This document shows, one piece after another, positions 47,320-57,495 of a stretch of 64,000 bases of DNA (positions are counted from its first letter, which is position 1; every line of letters starts with the position of its first letter). The position numbers were made by a program, and so were the translations under genes. The notes beneath the pieces are model-generated. The model was not told where the DNA came from. It saw nothing but the letters and a program-made list of their open reading frames with translations, and did no database searches. This DNA comes from an uncultured Eubacteriales bacterium (GTDB lineage: Bacteria; Bacillota; Clostridia; TANB77; CAG-508). The stretch is taken from contig CASEIX010000023.1 of assembly GCA_949288095.1 (NCBI GenBank), forward strand, positions 9,977 to 73,976, in the 5' to 3' direction.

Positions 47320-48183
47320 ATGAAAATAGCAAATGAATGGAAAGATTATAAAATATTAGACATGGCAGATGGACAAAAATTAGAAAAATGGGGAAATGTC
47401 ATTTTATCTAGACCAGACCCACAAATTATTTGGAAAAATAAAAGTTTTCCAAACAAGTGGAAAGAAATGAATGCTGTATATAATAGAAGTAAAACAGGAG
47501 GAGGTTCATGGGAGTTTAAGAAAAAAGTACCTTCTCAATGGCAAATTAAATATAAAAATTTAACATTTAACATTAAACCAATGGGATTTAAACACACAGG
47601 CTTATTTCCTGAGCAAGCAGTTAATTGGGATTGGATGATACAAAAAATTAAAAGTGAAAAAAGACAAATAAAAGTATTAAACCTATTTGCCTATACAGGA
47701 GGAGCAACTGTTGCATGTTTATCAGCAGGAGCTTCTGTATGTCATGTGGATAGTTCAAAAGGAATGACCACTTGGGCGAAAGAAAATGTAACATCTTCAA
47801 AATTACAGGATAGACCAGTTCGATTTATTGTAGATGATGTTGTAAAATTTGTAAACCGAGAAATTAGAAGAGGAAATACTTATGATGCCATCATTATGGA
47901 TCCACCTTCATATGGTAGAGGTGCTAAAGGAGAAGTGTGGCAATTTGAAAATAATATTTATGATTTAGTGGAATTATGTACAAAAGTATTATCATATAAT
48001 CCTTTATTCTTTTTAATTAATTCCTATACAACAGGAATATCAAGTAAAGTCTTAGAAGATATTTTACAGTTAACTGTATCAAAGAAATATAAAGGAAAAG
48101 TAGAATCTGGAGAGATTGGACTTCCTATGGAAAATTCTAAGTTGGTTTTGCCTTGTGGGATTTATGGAAGATGGGAAAAATAG
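47320..48183 (+). CDS. Class I SAM-dependent methyltransferase (RlmI/RlmK-like catalytic domain)
   Basis: Motif I VLNLFAYTGGATVA and motif IV IIMDPPSYG. Confidence 0.75.
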   Translation: MKIANEWKDYKILDMADGQKLEKWGNVILSRPDPQIIWKNKSFPNKWKEMNAVYNRSKTGGGSWEFKKKVPSQWQIKYKNLTFNIKPMGFKHTGLFPEQAVNWDWMIQKIKSEKRQIKVLNLFAYTGGATVACLSAGASVCHVDSSKGMTTWAKENVTSSKLQDRPVRFIVDDVVKFVNREIRRGNTYDAIIMDPPSYGRGAKGEVWQFENNIYDLVELCTKVLSYNPLFFLINSYTTGISSKVLEDILQLTVSKKYKGKVESGEIGLPMENSKLVLPCGIYGRWEK

Positions 48184-48195
48184 AAGGAGAAATAT

Positions 48196-48897
48196 ATGCA
48201 AAAACTAAAAATCATATATGAAGATAACCATATTATTGTTGTTGAAAAAATACCAAATATTCCTTCACAATCTGATAAAACTGGAGATATGGATATGCTA
48301 ACACTTGTGAAGGAGTACATAAAGGAAAAATACAATAAGCCAGGAAATGTATATTTGGGATTAGTGCATAGACTAGATAGACCTGTTGGTGGAATAATGG
48401 TATTTGCAAAAACTTCAAAAGCAGCTTCAAGATTAAGTAATCAAGTAAGGGAAAAAGTATTTAAAAAAGAATATTTAGCAGTTGTAGATGGAAAGATTGA
48501 AAGTACAAAAGGGACTTTAGTTGATTATTTATATAAAAATGAAAGAAATAATATGAGTAGGGTGGTTAACAAAGAAAAGAAAAATGCGAAAGAAGCGAAA
48601 TTGGATTATGAAGTGTTAAAATATAATGAAGTAAAAGATTTATCTTTAGTGAAAATAAATTTACATACAGGAAGACATCATCAAATTCGTGTACAATTGT
48701 CTCATTTTGGGCATAGTATATTTGGAGACCAAAAGTATGGAACGAGAGGAAGAGGAAAGCAAATAGCTTTATGGGCATATAAATTAACAATTGAACATCC
48801 AATAACAAAAGAAATATTAGAATTTAAAGATTTACCAGAACCAATTGGAACATGGTGCATATTAAAAAATGAACAAAATATGATTGAAGAAATATAG
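48196..48897 (+). CDS. RluA-family pseudouridine synthase
   Basis: Motif VHRLDRPVGGIMVFAK and the TGRHHQIRVQ block. Confidence 0.85.
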   Translation: MQKLKIIYEDNHIIVVEKIPNIPSQSDKTGDMDMLTLVKEYIKEKYNKPGNVYLGLVHRLDRPVGGIMVFAKTSKAASRLSNQVREKVFKKEYLAVVDGKIESTKGTLVDYLYKNERNNMSRVVNKEKKNAKEAKLDYEVLKYNEVKDLSLVKINLHTGRHHQIRVQLSHFGHSIFGDQKYGTRGRGKQIALWAYKLTIEHPITKEILEFKDLPEPIGTWCILKNEQNMIEEI

Positions 48898-49059
48898 TTG
48901 GAAGTAAAGAATTCAACTATATTTTTTATATTATTTAAAAATTTTTTATAAAATAAATAGAAAAAATTTTTCGTAAAAGAAAATAAAGTTTTCACAAAAT
49001 AAAAGACATTTACAAATTATAGAGTGCTACAATCAAATTAGCAAGAAGAGGTGAAGAAA

Positions 49060-49677
49060 ATGATAGATACAATCTGCACATTCTTGACTAATAGAATCAG
49101 AAAAGAAATGCCAGAAATATATGATGAAAGAGCAGAGGTAATCAATTATGGATTACAAAATATAGTAGGAGAAATACCAAAAATTTTCTTATTGTTTATT
49201 ATTTCATTTATTCTGGGAATGTTAAAAGAAGTATTATTTATGTTTATTGTTTTAACACCATATAGAGGAGCATCTGGGGGATTTCATTTAAAAACACATT
49301 TAGGATGTATAGTTGGAACAACTGCATTTTATTGTGGAATTGTACTTCTTTCGCAACATGTTATATTAGATGATATAACAAAATATATTTTAATAGGAAT
49401 TAGTTGGATATTTGGAATGTTTATGATAAAACTTTATGCACCAGCAGATACAGAAAATGTTCCTATATTATCTAAAAAAGATAGAAAAAAGAAACAAATG
49501 ATAGCATATATTACATATTCAATAGGTCTTATGGCTGCTTTATTAATTCAAAATAATGTAATTTCAAATATATTATTATTTGGAAATCTTCTACAAACAT
49601 TAACAATTACAAAATTGGCATATAGATTAACAAAAAATAAATATGGATATGAAGTGTATGGAGATGCTTCAGTTTAA
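49060..49677 (+). CDS. agrB: Accessory gene regulator B (AgrD-processing membrane peptidase)
   Basis: AgrB-like N-terminus and the block YRGASGGFHLKTHLGCI (the conserved H and C region). Polytopic. Confidence 0.85.
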   Translation: MIDTICTFLTNRIRKEMPEIYDERAEVINYGLQNIVGEIPKIFLLFIISFILGMLKEVLFMFIVLTPYRGASGGFHLKTHLGCIVGTTAFYCGIVLLSQHVILDDITKYILIGISWIFGMFMIKLYAPADTENVPILSKKDRKKKQMIAYITYSIGLMAALLIQNNVISNILLFGNLLQTLTITKLAYRLTKNKYGYEVYGDASV

Positions 49678-49737
49678 AAAGTTTAAAAAACATATACCGG
49701 TGTGTTTTTAAAAATATATAATAAGGGGGAATCTATT

Positions 49738-49857
49738 ATGTTCAAATTTTTATCTAAAGTAGCAGAAAAATATGCTAAAGTAACTAACACATCTTGCTTT
49801 GCTTTATGGGTATTACATCAACCTAAAATGCCAGAAAGCATGATAAAAAAAGATTAA
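49738..49857 (+). CDS. agrD: AgrD-like autoinducing-peptide precursor (39 aa)
   Basis: Not in the ORF track. GGGGGA RBS. Sequence MFKFLSKVAEKYAKVTNTSCFALWVLHQPKMPESMIKKD: an amphipathic leader, a single Cys, a hydrophobic stretch, then a HQPKMPE charged tail. It lies directly after agrB. Confidence 0.65.
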   Translation: MFKFLSKVAEKYAKVTNTSCFALWVLHQPKMPESMIKKD

Positions 49858-50015
49858 TTACTTGGCAAAAATAGGACGAAAAATTATTTTTGCCGACCCA
49901 TATATAACTTAAAAGGTTATATATTTACAATCCAATACAAGACAGCTTTTGAAAGCTGTTTTTCTTTTTAAATTAAAAATAGATATGAACAACTAAATTC
50001 ATATCTATTTTTGAA

Positions 50016-51362
50016 TTAATAATATATTTCGATTTGTTGAGAAAAATATTTTTCATTTTTAGTAGTATGCAAGTTTAAATTTTTACTTTTATTTAAAATT
50101 TTTCTAACTTCCCATAAACCTAATCCAGTATGATTTTCTTTTCCAGAAAAGCCCTTATTAAATATTTTTTCAGTATCAACATTTTTATCATTATATGTAT
50201 TTTCCACAATGATGAGTTGTCTGTGATTTTTAGAATCATCTCTGAAAATAATATTCATTATTTTTTCTTCGCACTCACTACTTGCATCTATTGCGTTATC
50301 TAAAAGTATACCTAAAACTCGAGTAAAGTCATATATTTTCATGTTGAGTTTACTTAAATCTAGTAGAAGAGACATATTGACTTTGATTCCTTTTTCCTCG
50401 GCTTCATTATATTTTGTGGTTAACAAACTGTATACACCAGGATTATTAATTAGTTTAGGATTTAAAATATATAAATTATTTACTTTTTGACAATCATCTT
50501 CAAGTTGTACATAATATTTTTTCAATCCTTCCATATCATTCGTTTTTACATAACCACCAATAGTTGTTACAATATTATCAAAATCATGTTTAAAACCTCT
50601 TACATTATCATGCAAGATACTTAATGTTTTATTATATTCTTCTGCATTTTGTAATTTCTGAGTCATAGAAGCAAGTTTCATTATTCTAGTTAAACTGTAT
50701 ATACTTATTGAAAAATATGCTAACATAGATAGGAAACTTAAAAAGGTGATTAATAAGGGAAGATTATCTATATAATAAACAGTGATAATTGCTTCTACTA
50801 AAAGTGTAAAAATACCAAAAACTAAATTAAAATAAATAATCTTTTTATTTTTTCCATCTATTTCATCAAATATTTTTAATGAAAGATTTTTCTTCTTAAA
50901 AAATAAATAGATAATAAAAGCAATAATATATTGAATAAAGATGTACAATATTCTATATATAGGTATCACAGAAGAATCATAGAAGGAAATATTTAGTAAT
51001 GCAAGATATGGATTTGTAATAAACATACCTATCAAGGCAAAAATTACAATAGGAATAATAAAAGCAAGGATAGTTTGGAAAATATTAGTTTTAAATAATA
51101 AATGTATAAAAATAACCATAAAGATATAATTTATTATTAGATTAAAGGGAGTAGGTATAAAATAATTACTAATAATACTCACAAAACTGATGAATGCAAT
51201 ATAAATTAATTTTTGCTTTTTAGATGATTTTATATTTAATAAGCTAGAAAATAAAAGAACGGAAAATACTATTTCTATAACTGTAAACGGTATAGAAAGT
51301 ATACTTATTAAACACTCATTAGGCGTAGTTAACGCATTCCATATATTACTCAATAATTCCAT
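50016..51362 (-). CDS. agrC: AgrC-like membrane histidine kinase (GHKL ATPase domain)
   Basis: Six to seven TM segments, an H-box-like region HDFDN, an N-box LLDNAIDAS, and a G-box HTGLGLW. Confidence 0.8.
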   Translation of the reverse strand: MELLSNIWNALTTPNECLISILSIPFTVIEIVFSVLLFSSLLNIKSSKKQKLIYIAFISFVSIISNYFIPTPFNLIINYIFMVIFIHLLFKTNIFQTILAFIIPIVIFALIGMFITNPYLALLNISFYDSSVIPIYRILYIFIQYIIAFIIYLFFKKKNLSLKIFDEIDGKNKKIIYFNLVFGIFTLLVEAIITVYYIDNLPLLITFLSFLSMLAYFSISIYSLTRIMKLASMTQKLQNAEEYNKTLSILHDNVRGFKHDFDNIVTTIGGYVKTNDMEGLKKYYVQLEDDCQKVNNLYILNPKLINNPGVYSLLTTKYNEAEEKGIKVNMSLLLDLSKLNMKIYDFTRVLGILLDNAIDASSECEEKIMNIIFRDDSKNHRQLIIVENTYNDKNVDTEKIFNKGFSGKENHTGLGLWEVRKILNKSKNLNLHTTKNEKYFSQQIEIYY

Positions 51363-52062
51363 GATTTTTTACAACCTCCATAAATTCCTTTTTATATTTA
51401 GGTCCAATACTACAAAATGTATCATTATTAAAATACACAGTTAAAGCAACAGGATCTACATTTTTAATATTGTTTAGATTAACAATATAAGATTTGTGAC
51501 ATCTTACAAAATTATCAGGCAACTTATCTTGAATCTTATTAAAAGAACTATAAGACTCATAATCACGAGAAGAGGTATGAAAGTTTAATTTCATACCATC
51601 TCTTTTAATATATTGAATTTGCGTTTCATCTACAAGTGTATCCTTATTATCAATTTTAATATATTTCTTTGGTAATCCATAAATATCATCAAAAAGCCTT
51701 TTTACAGTATCTTCTAATCTTTCATAAGTAATAGGCTTAGCTAAATAATCAAATGTTTTGTATTTATAAGCCATCATAGCATATTCTAAATGACCAGTTG
51801 TAAATATAAGATAAACATCTTTATTTTTCTTTCTAATTTCTTCAGCTAAATCTAAACCAGTTTTTTGAGATTTTAAATTAATGTCTAATAATAAAACATC
51901 AATTTGATTTTCATTGTCAAAACAAGCCAATAAATCTTCAAAGTTATTAAATTTGAAAGCTACTTGACCTTCAAGATTATTTTTTGTAAATATATTTTCC
52001 AAAAGTTTTTCTAATCTATCTAAAATATGTATATTATCATCACAAATAACAAAATTTAACAT
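51346..52062 (-). CDS. agrA: AgrA-like LytTR-family response regulator
   Basis: ATG at 52062 after GGGGGA. REC N-terminus (ICDDN...LLDINL) and a LytTR C-terminus (FVRCHKSYIVNLNNI). It overlaps the kinase start. Confidence 0.85.
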   Translation of the reverse strand: MLNFVICDDNIHILDRLEKLLENIFTKNNLEGQVAFKFNNFEDLLACFDNENQIDVLLLDINLKSQKTGLDLAEEIRKKNKDVYLIFTTGHLEYAMMAYKYKTFDYLAKPITYERLEDTVKRLFDDIYGLPKKYIKIDNKDTLVDETQIQYIKRDGMKLNFHTSSRDYESYSSFNKIQDKLPDNFVRCHKSYIVNLNNIKNVDPVALTVYFNNDTFCSIGPKYKKEFMEVVKNHGIIE

Positions 52063-52483
52063 ATGAGAATCCCCCTTTTTATTGGATAAAATAATATGTT
52101 TCGACAATAAAAAAATAATTACCTTATTTTTCCAGCAACAACAACAATATATTCTAAAATAATCATCTTGTCAATACTCTCAGAATAATTTTATATTGCA
52201 GATAAAAGCGTTAATACCAGTAAAAATCGAAAGAGGAATAAAAAAGGTGACAAAAATAATTTTACAATTATTGGAAATTACAATTTCGTATACTACAAAG
52301 ATATATTGAAAAAATATATTTATTTCCTAAAATTTATGATATACTAATAAATAATTATTAAAAAAGTGAAGGAAAAAGATGATTGACTATACAAACGCAA
52401 CAGAAGAATTTAATAATTATAAAGGTTCAGAAAAAGAAAATTTTAATCTACAACAATAAGAAATAATAAAGAAGGTGGAATTT

Positions 52484-53116
52484 ATGAAGAAAAATGGAAT
52501 ATTATTTGATTTAGATGGAACATTATGGGAAGTAAAAAATTCAACGTTTGAAAGTGCAAATAAAATTGTAAAAAAGCATCAATTAAAAGAAATATCTATG
52601 GAAACAATCTGTGCAGTATTTGGACTAAATAAATTTGAAGTAGCACAGTTATATTTTCCATATCTTGAATTGAATCAATCTTTAAATTTATTAGATGAAA
52701 TTGAGATTTTAAATATAAAAAATTTAAAAGAATATGGAGGCAATATATATCCAAATTTAAAAGAAACTTTAGCAAGTTTGAGAAAAAAATATGAACTATT
52801 TATTGTTAGCAATACATCAAAAAGTGAATATATTGAAGCATTTTTAACATCAGCCAAGTTAAATAACTATTTTAAAGATTATATTGCTGCTAGCGAACTT
52901 GGAATTTCAAAGGCTGATGCAATAAAAAAGATAATAGATGATTATAAATTAACTAAAGCTGTATATGTAGGAGATACCAAAAAAGACATGGAAGCTTCTA
53001 ATTTAGCTAAAATACCATTTATACAAGCAAAATATGGATTTGGAAAGAATTTAAATGCAGAATATTACATTAATACATTCAAAGAATTACCTTATATAGT
53101 AGAAAAGCTTATTTAA
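52484..53116 (+). CDS. HAD-superfamily hydrolase (phosphoglycolate-phosphatase-like)
   Basis: Motif I ILFDLDGTLWE, plus the SNT and GDTKKD motifs. Confidence 0.75.
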   Translation: MKKNGILFDLDGTLWEVKNSTFESANKIVKKHQLKEISMETICAVFGLNKFEVAQLYFPYLELNQSLNLLDEIEILNIKNLKEYGGNIYPNLKETLASLRKKYELFIVSNTSKSEYIEAFLTSAKLNNYFKDYIAASELGISKADAIKKIIDDYKLTKAVYVGDTKKDMEASNLAKIPFIQAKYGFGKNLNAEYYINTFKELPYIVEKLI

Positions 53117-53410
53117 GTTGATACAGCTATAAAGTATGAAGTTAATCATTCATATATATAACAAATAAAAAAGATACTATACTAACAATAGTATATAAAA
53201 AATGTTAGTTTGAATTATTATTGAAAGTTAAAATAAATGTGAAATTAGAGATATTAAGAAATTAGTATCTCTTTTTTATTTACTGTAAAATCAAAGAAAA
53301 TTTTAAAATTTTATCCGATTTACCTGTTTTATAATAGATGTTTATAGTGAAGGAATAATTTAAAATATGATTCATAAAATTAAACAAAAGAAAATAAGAG
53401 GAGGAACATA

Positions 53411-54229
53411 ATGCGTAATATGATAAGAAAACAATCAGTTAGAAATATAATGATAATGGTATTGCTTATAGCAATGATATCCTTAACGATTATACAAAGT
53501 CAACAAGAAAAAAGGATAGATACAAATGTAGAATCAGTAAGCAATAAAAAAATAGAATGGGGAATAAAAAGAAATGATAATCACGAGCAACCAGATCTGG
53601 GAAGTGAAAATAGAAAAGTATTAGAAGAAAATAATGGAATAGCATTAGGAAATAGTGAATCAAAAGTAATTTATTTAACATTTGATGAAGGCTATGAAGC
53701 TGGATATACAACTCAGATTTTAAAAATATTAAAAGAAAATGATGTAAAGGCAACTTTTTTTCTAACAGCACATTATATCAATACCCAAGAAGAACTAGTA
53801 AGACAAATGATTGATGAAGGACATATTATAGGAAATCATACGGTTAATCATAAAAGTATGCCAAGTTTAACAGAAGAAGGAATTAAGAAAGAAGTAATGG
53901 ATTTACATCAAAGTGTATATGAAAAATTTGGATATGAAATGAAATATATAAGACCACCCAAAGGAGAATTTAGTGAGAAAACAATACAAGTAACAAATTC
54001 ATTAGGATATAAAACAGTTATGTGGTCATTTGCTTATGAAGATTGGAATGAAGAAAAACAACCAAATGAAGAAAATGCAAAAGAAAAAATTTTGAATAAT
54101 CTTCATAGTGGAGAAATTATGTTGTTACATGGGAATTCAAAAACGAATACCAATATTTTAGATAGTATTATAAAAGAAGCAAAAAATATGGGATATGAAT
54201 TTAAATCTCTTGATGATTTTGAACAATGA
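53411..54229 (+). CDS. pdaA: Delta-lactam-biosynthetic de-N-acetylase (PdaA-like polysaccharide deacetylase)
   Basis: Signal anchor and blocks EWGIKRN, VIYLTFDEGYEAGYT, ATFFLTAHY, GNHTVNH and LLHG. Confidence 0.8.
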   Translation: MRNMIRKQSVRNIMIMVLLIAMISLTIIQSQQEKRIDTNVESVSNKKIEWGIKRNDNHEQPDLGSENRKVLEENNGIALGNSESKVIYLTFDEGYEAGYTTQILKILKENDVKATFFLTAHYINTQEELVRQMIDEGHIIGNHTVNHKSMPSLTEEGIKKEVMDLHQSVYEKFGYEMKYIRPPKGEFSEKTIQVTNSLGYKTVMWSFAYEDWNEEKQPNEENAKEKILNNLHSGEIMLLHGNSKTNTNILDSIIKEAKNMGYEFKSLDDFEQ

Positions 54230-54287
54230 AAAGGGAAAAATGAGTCCGTCCCCAAAATCCCTTTTTAAGAAAGGATAGATAATCAAC

Positions 54288-54566
54288 ATGAAAAAAAATA
54301 GAATGCGTAAATTAAATAAGATATTGGAAATACCAGAAGAAGTATATTCAGATGTTCCTAAAATTTCCCTGATAGGATTTGATGAAATGATTATAGAAAA
54401 TTATAAAGGAATTTTAGAATATGAAGAATTTTTTATAAGAATTAGTACCTATAAAGGTCTTATTAGTATTAATGGATATAATCTAAATTTAGAAACGATG
54501 ACAAATGATGATATACGTGTAACAGGAAAAATAGAGAGTTTTGATTTTGAAAGAATAACAGATTAG
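54288..54566 (+). CDS. yqfC: Sporulation protein YqfC
   Basis: Block LEIPEEVYSDVPKISLIGFDEMIIENYKGILEYEE is typical of YqfC. It is followed by yqfD. Confidence 0.8.
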   Translation: MKKNRMRKLNKILEIPEEVYSDVPKISLIGFDEMIIENYKGILEYEEFFIRISTYKGLISINGYNLNLETMTNDDIRVTGKIESFDFERITD

Positions 54567-54582
54567 CTAAAAGGAGAGATAC

Positions 54583-55767
54583 ATGTTCATAAAGAAAATT
54601 ATCAATTATATATATGGATATTTACGAATTGTCGTAGAGGGGTATTATATCGAAAGATTTATTAATATTTGTAGAAACCGAAATTATATGATGTGGAATA
54701 TAAAAAAAGTAAATGATATAAACATAGCATTAAATATAGAGATAAAACATTTTAGAGAAATCTGTAAAATCGCAAAGAAAACACAATGTAAAATATCCAT
54801 TAAAGCCAAAAGGGGGTTACCTTTCTTTCTTAATAAATATAAGAAGAGAAAACTGTTTGCATTATTTTTAATATTTGTTCTTGCAATCATCTTTTTAAGT
54901 TCACGTTTTGTATGGAATATAGAAATTATAGAGGAAAATGGATTAACAATTGAAAATATTATGGAAGATATTCAAGAAGCAGGACTAAAAACTGGAATAT
55001 TAAAAAATGATGTAGATACAAAAGAAATTATCAATAAAGTGAGATTAGAAAGAGATGATATTGCATGGATGGGAATTGAATTAAAAGGAACCAATGCAAT
55101 TGTTAGATTAGTAAAAGCTGATGAAAAACCAGAGATTGTTGATGAAGATGAATATTGTAATATTGTTTCAAATAAAAATGGCGTGATTACCAAAATAAAT
55201 GCACAAGATGGAACTGCAAATGTGAAAGTAGGAGATACCGTAAGTGTAGGAGATGTATTAATTAATGGATGGATGGAAGGAAAATATACAGGAATTCGAT
55301 ATGTCCATGCTAAGGGAGAAATAGAAGCAAGAGTCTGGTATACCATGAATAAGACGATTCCATATACAACTACGGAAAAACAGTATACAGGAAATATGGA
55401 GATAAATTATGGAATAAAAATGAATAATTTTAAAATAAATTTTCCGAAAGGGGTTTCAAAATTTGAATTTTATGATACAATAGAAACTGAAAATAAAATA
55501 AAGCTATTTTCTAACTTCTATTTACCGATTTCCGTAGTAAAAACGACTTATCAACAATATGAAGAAACAGAAAAGACATATTCTGTTGAGGAAGCGAAAA
55601 ACTTAGGGATACAAGAAATAGAAAAGGAATTGGAAAATCAAATAGAAAATAAAGAAAATATTGTCAATAAACATATAAATACTTATGAACATGAAGATAG
55701 TATTGATATTTATATTACATATGAAGTACAAGAGACAATAGGGACAAATGAAAAAATTGTATTTTGA
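54583..55767 (+). CDS. yqfD: Sporulation protein YqfD (stage IV)
   Basis: N-terminus GYLRIVVEGYYIERFINIC, a central TM segment, and conserved synteny with yqfC. Confidence 0.8.
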   Translation: MFIKKIINYIYGYLRIVVEGYYIERFINICRNRNYMMWNIKKVNDINIALNIEIKHFREICKIAKKTQCKISIKAKRGLPFFLNKYKKRKLFALFLIFVLAIIFLSSRFVWNIEIIEENGLTIENIMEDIQEAGLKTGILKNDVDTKEIINKVRLERDDIAWMGIELKGTNAIVRLVKADEKPEIVDEDEYCNIVSNKNGVITKINAQDGTANVKVGDTVSVGDVLINGWMEGKYTGIRYVHAKGEIEARVWYTMNKTIPYTTTEKQYTGNMEINYGIKMNNFKINFPKGVSKFEFYDTIETENKIKLFSNFYLPISVVKTTYQQYEETEKTYSVEEAKNLGIQEIEKELENQIENKENIVNKHINTYEHEDSIDIYITYEVQETIGTNEKIVF

Positions 55768-55780
55768 AGGGATGATATAA

Positions 55781-56995
55781 ATGGAAGAAAAAAGTTTAAG
55801 AATCACAGGAACAGATAAAACATTTTTTAATAAAATCACAAAAACATTAACTAAAATGTTAATTCCAACGAAAATAGGGATTAATGGGATGTTAATTTCC
55901 ATAAAAAGAAATAACTTATTAAAGGCTTTTGAGGGATATAAAAATAGTGGAGAAAACTATAATCAAAAAGAAGCAGAAGCAAAATATGATACAGCCTATG
56001 AAAGCTATTTAGAAGCTTTAGATAAATATGTTATGGATTCTATTTATAAAAAAGTAAAAAATGATACTGCATCAGAGTTTGAAAAAGAAGCATTATCTAA
56101 GTATTATGAAGTAACAAGTTTAAAAGAAAATGAATTTGTAGAATACAAAAATAGAAAACAAAAATATTTACTGGAATTAGATAATGATGGAGTTCAATTA
56201 TCAGGAAAAGAAAAACTAATTGATAGATATAATCAATTTTATGTTTCAAAAATGGATATATTGTATAAAGGAATTTTAAAAAATTATTCGATAAAATTAG
56301 CCGATACAATGAACACATATGAAACTTCAAAAGAATGGATATATACAAAAATATTTCATACATTAGAAGAATATATACAAAATATTTTAGCATTAAAAAT
56401 AAGAATTGGAAATGATAATGTTGCAAAAGATGTAAAAAAAGAATATGAAAATTATGAAACTTACACAGTAGGGAAATTAGATACAAAAGACAATATAGAG
56501 AAAAATGTTTTATTATTAAGTATTAGCAGAAAATTATTCACACATAGTTTGCCATTAATTGTTGCAATACAATGCTATGAAAAAGTTTTAAAAGATGCAA
56601 GAATTTTAGTTCAAGACACAAAGATTGCTACAAAGAGAGAAAAAGCATATAGCATGTTAATTAACTTATTTGAAGATTATAATGTGAAATTATTATCTAC
56701 AAAAGTATATTGGGAAAATGCAAAAGATAGAGAAGAATTTAAAACTTTCTGGAACAAGTATAAAGAAATATGTAAATTAAAAGAAACAAACTTTATTGAA
56801 TATGTAAGACAAAAAGAAGTTTTATTTATCAAAAATGATATGAAAAAAATACAAGAAGGAAATACAAAGACAGATTATAGTAAATTAATTACATATTATA
56901 AAAGAAAATTAATTGATTATGGAGCATTAAGAGAATTAAAAAATGCATGTATATCAGAAGGAAAATATACAAAAAAATTAAAGGAAGTTGCATAA
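55781..56995 (+). CDS. Hypothetical Lys/Glu/Tyr-rich protein (404 aa)
   Basis: Tightly packed between yqfD and ybeY, with its stop codon abutting the ybeY start. No Walker motif, so it is not PhoH. Confidence 0.6.
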   Translation: MEEKSLRITGTDKTFFNKITKTLTKMLIPTKIGINGMLISIKRNNLLKAFEGYKNSGENYNQKEAEAKYDTAYESYLEALDKYVMDSIYKKVKNDTASEFEKEALSKYYEVTSLKENEFVEYKNRKQKYLLELDNDGVQLSGKEKLIDRYNQFYVSKMDILYKGILKNYSIKLADTMNTYETSKEWIYTKIFHTLEEYIQNILALKIRIGNDNVAKDVKKEYENYETYTVGKLDTKDNIEKNVLLLSISRKLFTHSLPLIVAIQCYEKVLKDARILVQDTKIATKREKAYSMLINLFEDYNVKLLSTKVYWENAKDREEFKTFWNKYKEICKLKETNFIEYVRQKEVLFIKNDMKKIQEGNTKTDYSKLITYYKRKLIDYGALRELKNACISEGKYTKKLKEVA

Positions 56996-57472
56996 ATGGA
57001 AACATATGAAATCATATATAAAGATATTGAAGAGGTAAAATCTTGGGAAGATATTGTAAAAAAAGTCTTTGAGGAATGTTTTAAGGAAGAGGGATTGCAA
57101 GATTCAAAATTATATATTACTGTAACCTTTACAAATCCTGAAAACATACAAAGTATCAATAAAGAATATAGGAATATAGATAGGCCAACAGATGTACTTT
57201 CTTTTCCTATGTTTGAAAAAGAAGAATTAGACAAAAAGATACTAGAAAACGACTTTTCATATCAAGATATATTAGGAGATATCGTTATCTCTATACCTAA
57301 AGTAGAAGAACAAGCAAAAGAATATGGACATAGTTTTGAAAGAGAATTAAGTTATATGTTGGTTCATGGATTTTATCATTTGATGGGATATGACCATATG
57401 GAAGAAGAAGATAAAAAAGAAATGCGAACAAAAGAAGAAAAGATATTAAAAACGTTAAATATATTACGATAA
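56996..57472 (+). CDS. ybeY: rRNA maturation endoribonuclease YbeY
   Basis: Zinc motif HGFYHLMGYDH. Confidence 0.9.
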   Translation: METYEIIYKDIEEVKSWEDIVKKVFEECFKEEGLQDSKLYITVTFTNPENIQSINKEYRNIDRPTDVLSFPMFEKEELDKKILENDFSYQDILGDIVISIPKVEEQAKEYGHSFERELSYMLVHGFYHLMGYDHMEEEDKKEMRTKEEKILKTLNILR

Positions 57473-57495
57473 AAGGAAATAAGAAGGGAGTACAT

